The position numbers were made by a program, and so were the translations under genes. Below the pieces are notes generated by a model that did no database searches, was not told where the DNA came from, and was given only the letters and a program-made list of their open reading frames with translations. DNA of 64,000 bases from an uncultured Planctomycetia bacterium (GTDB taxonomy: Bacteria; Planctomycetota; Phycisphaerae; FEN-1346; JAACEH01). Positions 18,936 to 28,552 of this stretch are shown piece by piece; position 1 is the stretch's first letter, and the number at the start of each line of letters is the position of its first letter. Location of the stretch: NCBI GenBank assembly GCA_903929765.1, contig CAIYVX010000104.1, positions 2,405 through 66,404 of the forward strand, given 5' to 3'.

Positions 18936-18989
18936 GGCCAACTCCTCAAAAACACGCCTCGTGTTCTGTCGCCAATCGCAGGTCGCCGC

Positions 18990-19997
18990 TCATCGCGCTG
19001 CGGCGGCAATCTCGCTGATGCGGTCGAACGTCGGTCCGCGGGTCGGAATGTCGCAAGCAAACACGTCGGCCACAACGCGCGTCCAGCCGTGGATGAAATA
19101 GATCCAGCCGTCCTCGATTTGCAGGTTCCGCGACGCCTGGGCCCGGCGGGCCTGGTCGAGGAACACCAGGTCGCCGCGATAGTTGAAGTCCCAGACGAGG
19201 CCATTGGCGGGCCAGACCGCGGCGTCGGTCAGCGGCGAGCCCGGCCCGTCTTTGCCCAGCCCGGTGGCGTTGGCCACCAGCGAACCCGCCGGCAGCGCCG
19301 CGACGACCGCATCGTTATCCGACGGCTGCGGGCAATGATGATAACTGACCTCGAGGCCGGGGTTGATCCGGGCATGAACGTGTTTCATCTCGTCCAGGCG
19401 CGGCACGCTGCGGTTGGTCACGCGGATGGTTCGCGGCCGCTGCGGCGGCGGGACGGTTTGCATCAGATACATGGTCAGGGCCAGGCTCGATCCGCCGGCG
19501 CCCAGCAGGCAGACCTCGCCGCCGGTCTTGCGCCAGTGGTCGGCCGGAAGAAATGCCTCGAGGGCCAGGCCGCTGGTGATCGGATCCTTGGCGCTGCCCC
19601 GCAGCCGGCCGTCTCTTTTCGAGAGGCAACTGATCTCACTTAAGAGTTCGGCGTATTCGTCGAGTTCGTCGAACATCTCGCGGCAGGCGTTCAGGAGGTC
19701 GAGCTTGTGCGTCGTAACCAAAGCCCCGAGCGAAAGGCGATCCCGCTTGATGTGCTCGACGATGCGGCGGTAGACGGCCGGGGCGTCGTGCCAGCGGCAA
19801 TCAATGCCTTGGATGCGCACCTCTCCCAGGCCCAGGTACTCGGCCCATTTCGGAAAGACCTTCATGATCGAGGATTTTCCCGTGGTCATCCCGATAAAGT
19901 AAATGGTCGGCACGGCGGCCGCGGGATAGTTGGTGTCAGCCTCCGCCTGAAAGGCGCCCGACACGCTGATCGACGGGGTGCGGCCCGATGAAGTCAT
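18990..19997 (-). CDS. shikimate-dehydrogenase-like oxidoreductase
   Basis: GALVTTHK, LLGAGG, TNRS, NATGLGK, DFNYRG; AroE-like fold in a sugar operon context. Confidence 0.7.
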   Translation of the reverse strand: MTSSGRTPSISVSGAFQAEADTNYPAAAVPTIYFIGMTTGKSSIMKVFPKWAEYLGLGEVRIQGIDCRWHDAPAVYRRIVEHIKRDRLSLGALVTTHKLDLLNACREMFDELDEYAELLSEISCLSKRDGRLRGSAKDPITSGLALEAFLPADHWRKTGGEVCLLGAGGSSLALTMYLMQTVPPPQRPRTIRVTNRSVPRLDEMKHVHARINPGLEVSYHHCPQPSDNDAVVAALPAGSLVANATGLGKDGPGSPLTDAAVWPANGLVWDFNYRGDLVFLDQARRAQASRNLQIEDGWIYFIHGWTRVVADVFACDIPTRGPTFDRISEIAAAAR

Positions 19998-20012
19998 CTT
20001 TGCAACTCCCTT

Positions 20013-21533
20013 CTAGCGCTCCGGCAGATCGAGACGCCCGAGCATCGTGTGATACATGTCAATACGACGGCGGTAGTAGCCGCCCATCGACCGGTCCGGG
20101 CGGACGGCCTGGCCGGGCAACACCCACCTGGCGGCCGCTTCGGGCAACGACGGCAGCAATCCCACGCCCCAGCCGGCCAGCATGGCCACGCCCAGCGGTG
20201 CCCCGAGCGACTGCGTGATCCGCCGCACCGGAACGCCGAGAACATCGGCCTTGATGCCATTCCACAGGCCGCACCGCTCGCCACCGCCGGTGATGCGCAG
20301 CTCCTTCAGCCCCAGTTCCGGGTAGAGTTCCGCCAGGACGCGGCGATAAAGGCCGTACTCCAGGGCCACGCCTTCGAGCACCGCCCGATAGAGGTGGCCC
20401 AGCGTATGGCCGTGGGTGAGGCCGACCCAGGCCCCCCGCAGATTCGGTTGCGGCGGCGAGACGCGGCCGGCCAGGTGCGGGATGAACAGGGGCGACGCCT
20501 CGTCCGGCCTGGCCCGCCGGGCCAGGGCTTCAAGTCGGTCCCAGGCGGGCAACTCCCGGCAGCCCAGGCCCGCGATCTCGCGGCGGAACCATTCGAGGTT
20601 CATGCCGCCGCCGTTGACGTAGGCGTACGGATGCCACAACCCCGGCACGGCCGAACGACTGGACGAGAGCAGGCGGTGGACCGTATCGGGCTGAAAGGTC
20701 CGGCTGGTGGCCGCAAAGACCGAGGCGGTTCCGGCCACGTCGACGCACACGCCGGGGGCGACGGCCCCGCAGGCCAGGAAGCTGGCCGCAGTATCGCCGC
20801 AACCGGCCACCACGGGCGTGCCCTGGCGAAGCCCGCAGCGCCGGGCAAAGCCGGCGGTGAGCCGGCCGACGATCGATTGCGGAGCCACGATGTCCGGCAG
20901 CTTGGCCGGATCCATTTTGAATTCCCGGCAAAGCCCCGGATCCCACGCTGCGGCGGCCGTGTCCGCGAATCCGGAGAAGTGCAGATACGTCCAGTCGATA
21001 AAGGCCCGCTCGCCGGCCAGCCCGCACAGTCGCATGGCCACATAGCCGCCGGGCTGGACGAAGGCCCGGACACGGCGATAGTCCTGCGAGCGATTCTTCT
21101 TCCACCAGAGCATTTTCGGGCCGTGGTTGAAGCTGGCCGGCCCGCCGGTCCGGCGGACGATCTCGTCGCCGGCGCGGCTGTTCATCCGGGCAATCTGCGG
21201 GACGCACCGCGTGTCGAGCCACGAGTCGTACGGCGTGACCGCCCGCCCGTCGTCGCCCACGCCGATGACCCCGGCCATCTGCCCGGCCAGGCCAAGCCCG
21301 GCCACGGCCGACGCCTCCGCCTTCGCACTGACCAGGCACTGCCGGATGACCCGACAGGCGGCGCCGACCTGGCGCTCGGGGTCTTCCTCGATTGCGCCCG
21401 GCGCGGGCCGCTTCAGCCGCGACGCCTCGAAGGCCTGGGCCAGACAATGACCGGCGGCGTCGAAGAGCGCCGCCTTGGCGCCCTGCGTGCCGATGTCGAC
21501 GCCGATCAGCAGTGTTTCAGCCATCCCGTCCAT
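20013..21533 (-). CDS. FGGY family carbohydrate kinase (xylulokinase-like)
   Basis: IGVDIGTQGAKA, GQMAG, WLDTR, GCGDTAA, RAVLEGVA, ITGGG..WNGIKADVLG; start is 21533 or 21524. Confidence 0.9.
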   Translation of the reverse strand: MDGMAETLLIGVDIGTQGAKAALFDAAGHCLAQAFEASRLKRPAPGAIEEDPERQVGAACRVIRQCLVSAKAEASAVAGLGLAGQMAGVIGVGDDGRAVTPYDSWLDTRCVPQIARMNSRAGDEIVRRTGGPASFNHGPKMLWWKKNRSQDYRRVRAFVQPGGYVAMRLCGLAGERAFIDWTYLHFSGFADTAAAAWDPGLCREFKMDPAKLPDIVAPQSIVGRLTAGFARRCGLRQGTPVVAGCGDTAASFLACGAVAPGVCVDVAGTASVFAATSRTFQPDTVHRLLSSSRSAVPGLWHPYAYVNGGGMNLEWFRREIAGLGCRELPAWDRLEALARRARPDEASPLFIPHLAGRVSPPQPNLRGAWVGLTHGHTLGHLYRAVLEGVALEYGLYRRVLAELYPELGLKELRITGGGERCGLWNGIKADVLGVPVRRITQSLGAPLGVAMLAGWGVGLLPSLPEAAARWVLPGQAVRPDRSMGGYYRRRIDMYHTMLGRLDLPER

Positions 21534-21565
21534 TCCCGTATCGCGCTGGTCCCGACTCAACGGCC

Positions 21566-22603
21566 TCAGTCAATCACAATCGCCGACTTCCAGCCCGCGC
21601 CGCTGCGGGCCACGTCGAAGGCCCGACCGAAATCTTCGATCGGGTGCCGCGAGGTGACCAGGCGGCCCCAGTTGACGCCGCCCTCGGCGATGATGCCCAC
21701 GGCCCGGCGAAGGTGCTCGGGGCTGGAACGCGTGGTGCCGGTCACCGTGAGCTGGCGATAGTGTATCCGATTGGTATCCAGCGGCACCACACCCCGGTCC
21801 TTCGGCAGTCCGCCGAAGAAGCAGATTCGTCCGTTCAGGCCCGCCAGTTCCAGGGCCGTGACCTGGGCTTCCGGCGACGGGCAGGCGGTGATCGCGACAT
21901 CGATACCACGGCCCTCGGTCAGCCTGTCGACCGTGCCGGCCAGGTCCGCCGTTTCGACCGGCACGATCTCCGGGAGCACCTGCCGGCAACGCTCGAGGCG
22001 GCTTGTGTTCGGATCGCTCACCAGAACCCGGGCCGCTCCGAGCCGTTGCATGAGCATGGCGTGCATCAGGCCGATGACGCCCGAGCCCAGGACCAACACC
22101 GTGGCTCCCTCGACCGGCTGAAGGCGGTCGGCCGAACTAAGCACGCACGACAGCGGCTCAGCCAGGGCCGCCTCGTCGAAGCTCATCGTCTCGGCCAGGC
22201 GGACGATGTTGCCCTGCTCGACGGCGGCGGCCGGAATACGAACGAACTCGGCGAAGGCCCCGTCAAGATGAATGCCCAGGGCCTGGTAGTCGGCGCAAAG
22301 GTGCGTCTGTCCGGCCCGGCAGAAAGGACACCGGCCGCAACCGACGTTCGGGGCCACCGCGATCCGGTCGGCCGCCTGCCAGCCGTTCACGCCCTGGCCC
22401 ACGGCGGCGATCTCGCCGGCCATTTCGTGGCCGAGCACGCGCGGCAGGCCGCCCGGCACGGCGCCCGAGGCGATCATCCGGAGATCAGTGCCGCAGATCA
22501 TGGCGCTGCGGACCCGCAGCAGCAACTCGCCGCGGCTCAAGACCGGGCTGGGCAACTCCTCCAACCGCAGATCGTTCTGGCCGTACAGTCGAAGGGCTTT
22601 CAC
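21566..22603 (-). CDS. Zn-dependent polyol/sorbitol dehydrogenase family protein
   Basis: ICGTD, GHE, CGRCPFC..C structural Zn site, EPLSC, GSGVIG. Confidence 0.9.
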   Translation of the reverse strand: MKALRLYGQNDLRLEELPSPVLSRGELLLRVRSAMICGTDLRMIASGAVPGGLPRVLGHEMAGEIAAVGQGVNGWQAADRIAVAPNVGCGRCPFCRAGQTHLCADYQALGIHLDGAFAEFVRIPAAAVEQGNIVRLAETMSFDEAALAEPLSCVLSSADRLQPVEGATVLVLGSGVIGLMHAMLMQRLGAARVLVSDPNTSRLERCRQVLPEIVPVETADLAGTVDRLTEGRGIDVAITACPSPEAQVTALELAGLNGRICFFGGLPKDRGVVPLDTNRIHYRQLTVTGTTRSSPEHLRRAVGIIAEGGVNWGRLVTSRHPIEDFGRAFDVARSGAGWKSAIVID

Positions 22604-22631
22604 CGCCAGTTTCTCCCGCCGCCGAAGCGGC

Positions 22632-23645
22632 TCACAGCGTCACCGGCTGACCGGTGCGAATCGACTCGTTGACCGCGACCACCCCGGCGACCGCCAGCAG
22701 ACCGTCGCGGCTGGTGACGCGCGGCGCGCGGCCCGTGGCCGCGCACTCGACGAAGTCCCGGGCCTCGGCCAGGTAGGCGTCGCGGAAAAGCGTGCGCCAC
22801 GACGGCACCGCCCGGCCGCGGACTTCGCCCTCGATGGTGATGAGTTCCACGCCGTGCTGCTTGGCCGAGCCGATGAAGATGACGCCCTTCTCGCAGAGAA
22901 TTTCCATCCGGGCATCGTAACCGTAGCCGGCCGGACAGGTGCCATCGACGACGCCGATGGCGTCATTCTCGAAGCGGAAGGTGGCCACGACGTTGTCGTA
23001 GAAATCCGGGAATTGGGTCCGGGCTTCGGTCATCTTGAAGTTGTGGGCCTCGGCGTAGACGCGCGTGGGCCGGCTGCCGGTCATCCACAGGAGCGAGTCG
23101 ATGTCGTGGCTGTTGACCTCGGCGATGATGCCATTGCTCTTCGCGAGATCCCACATCCACGGACCTGGTCCGCCGGGGCCGCGCCCGGTCGACTTGATGA
23201 TCATGACCCGCCCGAGATCGCCGCTGTCGAGCAGTTCGCGGGCCCGCTGAAAACCGGCGTCGAAGCGCCGCATGAAACCGATCTGAAAGACGATTCCGGC
23301 GGCGTCGGCGGCGCGGATCATCGCCTCGCAGTCGGGCACGTTGAGGGCCATGGGCTTTTCGCAGAAGACGTGCTTGCCGGCCGCGGCGGCGGCCAGGACG
23401 ATGTCCTTGTGGAAGACCGTCGGGGTGGCGATGACCACGGCGTCAACGCCTTTGGCGGCGATGGCCTGACGGTAGTCGGCGAAGGCCGCAGCCGCCGGCA
23501 TCTCGCGCGCTGCGGCGGCCAGGGTCTCGGGCACGGGGTCGGCCAGCGCGACCACGCCGGCCCCCGGCACCACCGAGTGGAAATGGCGGGCGTGGATCAT
23601 CCCTGCGCGACCGCACCCTACGATACAGATTCTCAGTTCAGGCAT
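22632..23645 (-). CDS. Gfo/Idh/MocA oxidoreductase (inositol dehydrogenase-like)
   Basis: VGCGRAG, GKHVFCEKPMA, GFMRRFD, HDID, YGYDARME. Confidence 0.9.
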   Translation of the reverse strand: MPELRICIVGCGRAGMIHARHFHSVVPGAGVVALADPVPETLAAAAREMPAAAAFADYRQAIAAKGVDAVVIATPTVFHKDIVLAAAAAGKHVFCEKPMALNVPDCEAMIRAADAAGIVFQIGFMRRFDAGFQRARELLDSGDLGRVMIIKSTGRGPGGPGPWMWDLAKSNGIIAEVNSHDIDSLLWMTGSRPTRVYAEAHNFKMTEARTQFPDFYDNVVATFRFENDAIGVVDGTCPAGYGYDARMEILCEKGVIFIGSAKQHGVELITIEGEVRGRAVPSWRTLFRDAYLAEARDFVECAATGRAPRVTSRDGLLAVAGVVAVNESIRTGQPVTL

Positions 23646-23684
23646 TTTTTCTCCTGTGCCAGGTGTTTGCGAATGGTTGCGTTT

Positions 23685-23728
23685 ACTTTCATGTGCGAAA
23701 GTTTATACTTGCCGCAAACGTCTGTCAA
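23685..23728 (-). promoter_or_regulatory. sigma70 promoter of the sugar operon with an overlapping palindromic operator
   Basis: Minus strand TTGACA (23728-23723)-N17-TAAACT (23705-23700); perfect palindrome ACTTTC-N6-GAAAGT at 23685-23702. Confidence 0.65.
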
Positions 23729-23807
23729 CAGTATTCTAGCCGATTGTGTGGAGTTATCGCCCACTTACTTCAGTTTTCGTTCTCTTGCGTTTTCAGGAGG
23801 CCCCGCG

Positions 23808-24614
23808 ATGACAGAACCGCTGCCGGTGGACCGGCCCGCCGACCCGACCGTTTTTGCCGAAGAGCGCAAGGCGGAGATCGCTCGCCTGGTCGTCGAGCGT
23901 GGCAAGGTGACCGTGGCGGCCCTGAGTTCCCGATTCGGCGTCTCGGGCGCGACTGTTCGCAGCTACCTGCGCGACCTGCAGCAGCAGGGTCTGCTCCTGC
24001 GGACGCACGGCGGGGCTATTCGCGATACCAAGACCGGCCAGGAGTATCCGTTCGCCCAACGCGAGGTTCAGAACCTGGCGGCGAAACAGTCCATAGCCGC
24101 CGCGGCGGTCAACCTGGTTGACGATGGTGACCGGATCATCCTCGATACGGGGACCACCGCCCTGGAATTAGCCCGCCTGCTGGGCCGCAAACGCGACCTG
24201 GTCGTGGTGACCAACGACCTGAAGATCGCCTGGTTGCTGGAGGAGGCCAGCGGCACCGAGATCATCCTGCTGGGCGGTCCGCTGCGCAAGGGCTTCCACT
24301 GCACGCTGCCGGCGTCCGGGGAGGGCCTGTTCAAGCAGCTATCGGCCGACAAGGCCTTCATGGCGGCCAACAGTTTCGACCCCGACCGGGGAGCGACCAC
24401 GCCGGACATCCACCAGGCGGCCGCCAAGCGAGCCATGATGGCCGCGGCGGAAAAAGTCGTCCTGCTTTGCGACCAGAGCAAACTGGGTCGCGTTTCGTTC
24501 GCCCAGTTCGCCACGCTCGACCAGATCGACACGCTGGTTACCGACGGGCTTCCCGACGACTGGGCCGCCCGGCTCGAGGACACCGGCGTCGAGGTTCTCG
24601 TGGCCGGCCGGTGA
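23808..24614 (+). CDS. DeoR/GlpR family transcriptional regulator
   Basis: ERKAEI..VSGATVR..L..RTHGGA HTH, ILDTGTT, VVTNDL, DQSK; AGGAGG RBS; the ORF-track start at 22488 is an overextension. Confidence 0.92.
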   Translation: MTEPLPVDRPADPTVFAEERKAEIARLVVERGKVTVAALSSRFGVSGATVRSYLRDLQQQGLLLRTHGGAIRDTKTGQEYPFAQREVQNLAAKQSIAAAAVNLVDDGDRIILDTGTTALELARLLGRKRDLVVVTNDLKIAWLLEEASGTEIILLGGPLRKGFHCTLPASGEGLFKQLSADKAFMAANSFDPDRGATTPDIHQAAAKRAMMAAAEKVVLLCDQSKLGRVSFAQFATLDQIDTLVTDGLPDDWAARLEDTGVEVLVAGR

Positions 24615-24728
24615 CACCCAGAGAGTACCTCCAAACTTTAACCGCCCCAGGCCAATGGCAAACTACCGCTGGACAGGGCGACGGCGTTTGCCGTATCATA
24701 TTCCGCTGGAAGAAAGCGTTTACGAGGA

Positions 24729-27716
24729 TTGGATTTGACCGAGCGGGAAGCCAACCAGGGGCAGGAAAGACCATCCGAAAACGGCGTGACGCCGGCGGAG
24801 CGTGCGGCCGTGCTGGGCGAGTCGCCCGGCGGCAAGAAGGCCCGGGCAGTCAGGATTATTTCCATCACCCTGGTCGGCGGCGCATTGCTGGCCCTGGTCG
24901 TGGTCGGCCTGGTCGCGCTGGTCCGAAGCGATCGGCCCCGCAGCGTCGTACTATTGACCCTGGCCCTGCTCTTCCTCGGGTCGGGCCTGGCGGGGATTTA
25001 TTATCGCGGCCGGGGCCGGTTCGCTTTCCGACTGGTGGCGGCGCTGGCGGTGCCGGGCTGGCTGGCCTGCTGGGCGGGGGGCGGCGGAGGCGGAGGAATC
25101 GCGGGACAAACGGTTCTGGCGGCGCTGGCGGAAAACTCCGGGGCGGCGGTGGGCCTGGCCATCGGGGCGATGCTGGTTTACATTTTCGGTCTGTTCGCGC
25201 GGCTTTCTGAAGAACCCGATCAGCCGGCCGCACCGTCCGGCCATTCGTCGGGCCTGAGGGCCGGCGACCAGGCGGCGATCCTGCTGCGCAACCGGTGGAC
25301 GCGAAGTGCGCCGCTGGTTGCGGGGCTGGCGGTGGGTACTTTCAGTTTTTTGTGGCTGGCCGCTATCGGCGGCGAGGTCACTTTGCCGGTGGCCGGACGG
25401 CTGGTGCACGTCGAGGCCCTGGACCTGCTGGTGGCCATGGCGGTGCTGCTGATGGCGACGGCGTGGCGCGTGCGGTGGGAACCGAGCGTCTATCTGGCGG
25501 CGCTGGGCCTGCTGGCAGCCACGGGGATTTATCTGGTCCGGTCGGCCCCGGGCGACGCCGAGCGGTCCTTTCAGCACATGACCAGCGTGGTGGCATTGGT
25601 TTCGGCGGCGCTGTCGGTGGCCGGGGCGGCGGTGGCCGTGTTTCGGCGGCGGTGGTGGCCGGCGGCCTTCTATTGCGACGGACTGGTCGTCACGGGTCTG
25701 GTGGGTGCGGCGGCAACGGTGCTGCTGGCTGCGGCGGGGTCGGGTCAAACCAGCCTGAGCAACGAAAGCCTGATTTTGCTGGCGGCGCTGGGCTTGTCGC
25801 TGCTGGTGGCGGCGCTGGTTTATCGGCAGGAAGACCTGTTTGCGTTCTTCGGGCTGGCGGTGGTGGGCCTGGTGCTGGCGTTCTTCCATGTGCATCGTGA
25901 TCCGTCGCACGCCGCCGGCTGGCTCAACCGCTATTCGGCGGCGGCGCTGGGGGCGGGGCTGGTGCTGGGCCTGGCGGCGTGGGGTCTGGCGGCGGTGGGG
26001 CGGCGGTGGGAAAGTTCGGCGCGGAATTTTGGGGCGGCGCTCTACGCCGGGGCGTTCGTGGCGGGGACGGTGGCGCTGGTAGCGGTTTCGACGACCCGGA
26101 ATTTTTATTATCAGGCGGGCGACCTGCTGGGGCTGGCGGCGATATTGCTGCTCATGCGGCCGCATGTAAAACACGCCATAATTCATTACGCGGTGATCGC
26201 GGCGGTGACGGCCGCGGCTTATCTGGCGGCGGTCGGGCGGTGGGGGAACAGTGAAATTCACATTGCGGAAACCGTGATCCTGCTGACGGCGGGGCTGGCG
26301 TCCTTCTGGATGCTGACGGCCATCGTCCTGTCGCGGGCGCTGGGGGCGTGGAGCAGCATCGGCGACAAGGAAGCCCGGCAGCAGGCCCGGCCGTTCACGA
26401 CCATCGGGATGACCCTGGCCGTGGTGCTGGCGGCGTACCTGGGGTGGCTGACGTTCCTGGGGTATCGGGCGGCGTGGGGGGCGGCGGAAAATCCGAACGA
26501 GCTTTTCCCGGTGGGGCAGGTTTCTCCGGCGGCCATCGGCCTGGCCTGGGGCGGGATACTGCTGACGTTCTTCCTGTCGTTGTGGGTGGTGCGGCACCGG
26601 GCGCGGACGGTGGGGTTCTACCTGGCGGGGAGTTCGGCGACCATCGGCATGGGGCTGCTCGTGCACCATTCCCGCGGGCAACTGACCAACTATCTGATCT
26701 ACGCGGTGGGCGGGTATGGGGCGATACATTTACTCGTGTACCTATGGGAAGGGCCGTACATGGCCCTGCTGGCGCGGTTCTGCCGGCTCTATCGCGAGGA
26801 GAAACACGCCTCGACGTCGATCTTCACGCTGAGCTGCATGTCGTGTTTCGCGGGGGGGATCCTGGCGGCGTTCTTCCTGCACACCCATGCGGCGCTGGTC
26901 CTGCTCTGGATTCTGACGGCGGTGTTTTTCGTCTGGTCGTTCGGGCACCGGCGGCCGGAAATGCTTTACCCGATGGTGCTGATGAGCGTGGGGGCATTCC
27001 TGAGCGTGTGGCACAACATCGAACCGCCGGAGAACTGGCCGCACTGGGACGCGACACGGATAAACATAAATGCCTGCGTCTTTGCGGCGGGCGGGCTGCT
27101 GTGGCTGGGGATCGGGACGGTGCTGGACCGGTTGCGGAGTCCCTTGAGCACGCTGAACACGCCGGCGCGGCAGATGTCGGTGGTGCTGGCCCTGGCGGGG
27201 CTGGGGTTTTATGTGGTGCTGGCCCAGGCGCCGCTGCACCCGGAGGCGGAGTGGGGGCCGGACGCTTCGCTGGAACGGTGGATCCTCGGGACCGTGTGCG
27301 GGCTGGCGCTGGTGGCGTATTATGTCTGGGCGGGGATTTCGTTCCGGCGGACATTTTATGTTTACCTGGCGCAACTGGCGCTGGCGGTGCTGGTGGTGTT
27401 TGCGGTCCTGCGCGAGCCGGAATCGTGGTACGCGCCGGCCGACTGGCAATACTGGCCGACGTCGCTGGCCGTGGTGGCCCTGGTCATGCTGGGCGTGGCG
27501 AAACTGCTGGAGCGGCGGCGGCAGGTGCTGTTCGGGCGGCCGATTCTGGTGGTGGCGATGCTGGTGCTGCCGCTCCTCTTGGCGGCGGATTCGGTTTATC
27601 GGTTGGTGCTGGGGCAGCGGATATTGCCGATCACGACACTGGTGATTGCGGCGGTGGTGGTGTTCCTGGGGGCGCGGTACCGGTTGGCGCCGAAGTGGGT
27701 GGGACGGGGGGAATGA
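24729..27716 (+). CDS. large polytopic membrane protein of unknown function
   Basis: 995-aa ORF with more than 20 hydrophobic segments; strong coding-like third-position bias. Confidence 0.7.
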   Translation: MDLTEREANQGQERPSENGVTPAERAAVLGESPGGKKARAVRIISITLVGGALLALVVVGLVALVRSDRPRSVVLLTLALLFLGSGLAGIYYRGRGRFAFRLVAALAVPGWLACWAGGGGGGGIAGQTVLAALAENSGAAVGLAIGAMLVYIFGLFARLSEEPDQPAAPSGHSSGLRAGDQAAILLRNRWTRSAPLVAGLAVGTFSFLWLAAIGGEVTLPVAGRLVHVEALDLLVAMAVLLMATAWRVRWEPSVYLAALGLLAATGIYLVRSAPGDAERSFQHMTSVVALVSAALSVAGAAVAVFRRRWWPAAFYCDGLVVTGLVGAAATVLLAAAGSGQTSLSNESLILLAALGLSLLVAALVYRQEDLFAFFGLAVVGLVLAFFHVHRDPSHAAGWLNRYSAAALGAGLVLGLAAWGLAAVGRRWESSARNFGAALYAGAFVAGTVALVAVSTTRNFYYQAGDLLGLAAILLLMRPHVKHAIIHYAVIAAVTAAAYLAAVGRWGNSEIHIAETVILLTAGLASFWMLTAIVLSRALGAWSSIGDKEARQQARPFTTIGMTLAVVLAAYLGWLTFLGYRAAWGAAENPNELFPVGQVSPAAIGLAWGGILLTFFLSLWVVRHRARTVGFYLAGSSATIGMGLLVHHSRGQLTNYLIYAVGGYGAIHLLVYLWEGPYMALLARFCRLYREEKHASTSIFTLSCMSCFAGGILAAFFLHTHAALVLLWILTAVFFVWSFGHRRPEMLYPMVLMSVGAFLSVWHNIEPPENWPHWDATRININACVFAAGGLLWLGIGTVLDRLRSPLSTLNTPARQMSVVLALAGLGFYVVLAQAPLHPEAEWGPDASLERWILGTVCGLALVAYYVWAGISFRRTFYVYLAQLALAVLVVFAVLREPESWYAPADWQYWPTSLAVVALVMLGVAKLLERRRQVLFGRPILVVAMLVLPLLLAADSVYRLVLGQRILPITTLVIAAVVVFLGARYRLAPKWVGRGE

Positions 27717-27801
27717 GAATTTTCTCTTCACGGAAACCATTTCTGAACTTTGGCGAGTTAAGATAGGTAATATTCTGACGGATACGAAGAGCGATTTATA
27801 T

Positions 27802-27830
27802 TTGACTATCGTTGTTTTGTGATGCACAAT
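27802..27830 (+). promoter_or_regulatory. putative sigma70 promoter of PEP-CTERM gene 1
   Basis: TTGACT-N17-CACAAT, conserved in the duplicate at 29427-29455. Confidence 0.6.
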
Positions 27831-27895
27831 TGCAGACCTCCGGTTGGAATTGGGGCGGCTGAGGTGCGTCGCCGGTGGAGTTAGAGGGAATTGCC

Positions 27896-28498
27896 ATGAA
27901 CCTGCGAAAACTTTTGCCGTGCCTCGCGGCCATTGCGGTCGCGCTCTGCGCCGCGGGTGGCGTGCGGGCGGCCGCCATCGTTAATGGCGACTTCGGAACA
28001 GGGAATCTCACCGGTTGGTCGGCATCTTCCTGGGGCGGCCCGGGTGGTGTAGGCGTTGTCACTTCCCCCGCACCCCCCGATGGAACATATTGTGCGTCGC
28101 TTTGGGCAGGGCCGAACGGTACTTCGCAACTTGTTACAGGCAACACCCAGGGCTTTTATGCTCACGTGGGCGATGTCCTCTCGTTCGAATATCAAGGCAC
28201 TTATACCGCAGGAGAGTCGGGGCTTTCGGCGAAGGTAATAGGATCTGGTGGTTATGGCGGAGGATATTTACTCTACCCACCTGGTAACTCTGTCCAGGCG
28301 TTGAGTTCGCAGTGGCAGAGTGCATCGTTCCAGTTCGGGGCTTCCGGCATTTACTACTTGGATTTTGAAGTTCAGGAGGCCGCCCTCGGACAGATAGACT
28401 TCTACGTGGCCGACGTTCAATTGACACCTGAGCCAGCCAGCATGGGCCTGCTGGCGGCGGGTTTGGGGGCACTTCTCATCCGGCGCAGGATCGGATGA
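27896..28498 (+). CDS. PEP-CTERM sorted surface protein
   Basis: Signal peptide, IVNGDFGTGNLTGW (CBM/DUF642-like start), C-terminal TPEPASMGLLAAGLGALLIRRR. Confidence 0.9.
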   Translation: MNLRKLLPCLAAIAVALCAAGGVRAAAIVNGDFGTGNLTGWSASSWGGPGGVGVVTSPAPPDGTYCASLWAGPNGTSQLVTGNTQGFYAHVGDVLSFEYQGTYTAGESGLSAKVIGSGGYGGGYLLYPPGNSVQALSSQWQSASFQFGASGIYYLDFEVQEAALGQIDFYVADVQLTPEPASMGLLAAGLGALLIRRRIG

Positions 28499-28552
28499 CG
28501 GAAATACTGTTCCAGTCGCGACTGTTTATTCCAATTCTCCAGGGGATTTTTC

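Noticed and set aside
22488-23807. Apparent 440-aa N-terminal extension of the DeoR regulator
   Set aside because: It overlaps the Gfo/Idh gene antisense; the real start is ATG 23808 with an AGGAGG RBS
27820-27876. Conserved leader as a riboswitch (for example c-di-GMP) or sigma54 promoter
   Set aside because: No riboswitch consensus recognised; it reads TG-N10-GC rather than GG-N10-GC; the conservation is explained by a duplicated sigma70 promoter and 5' UTR
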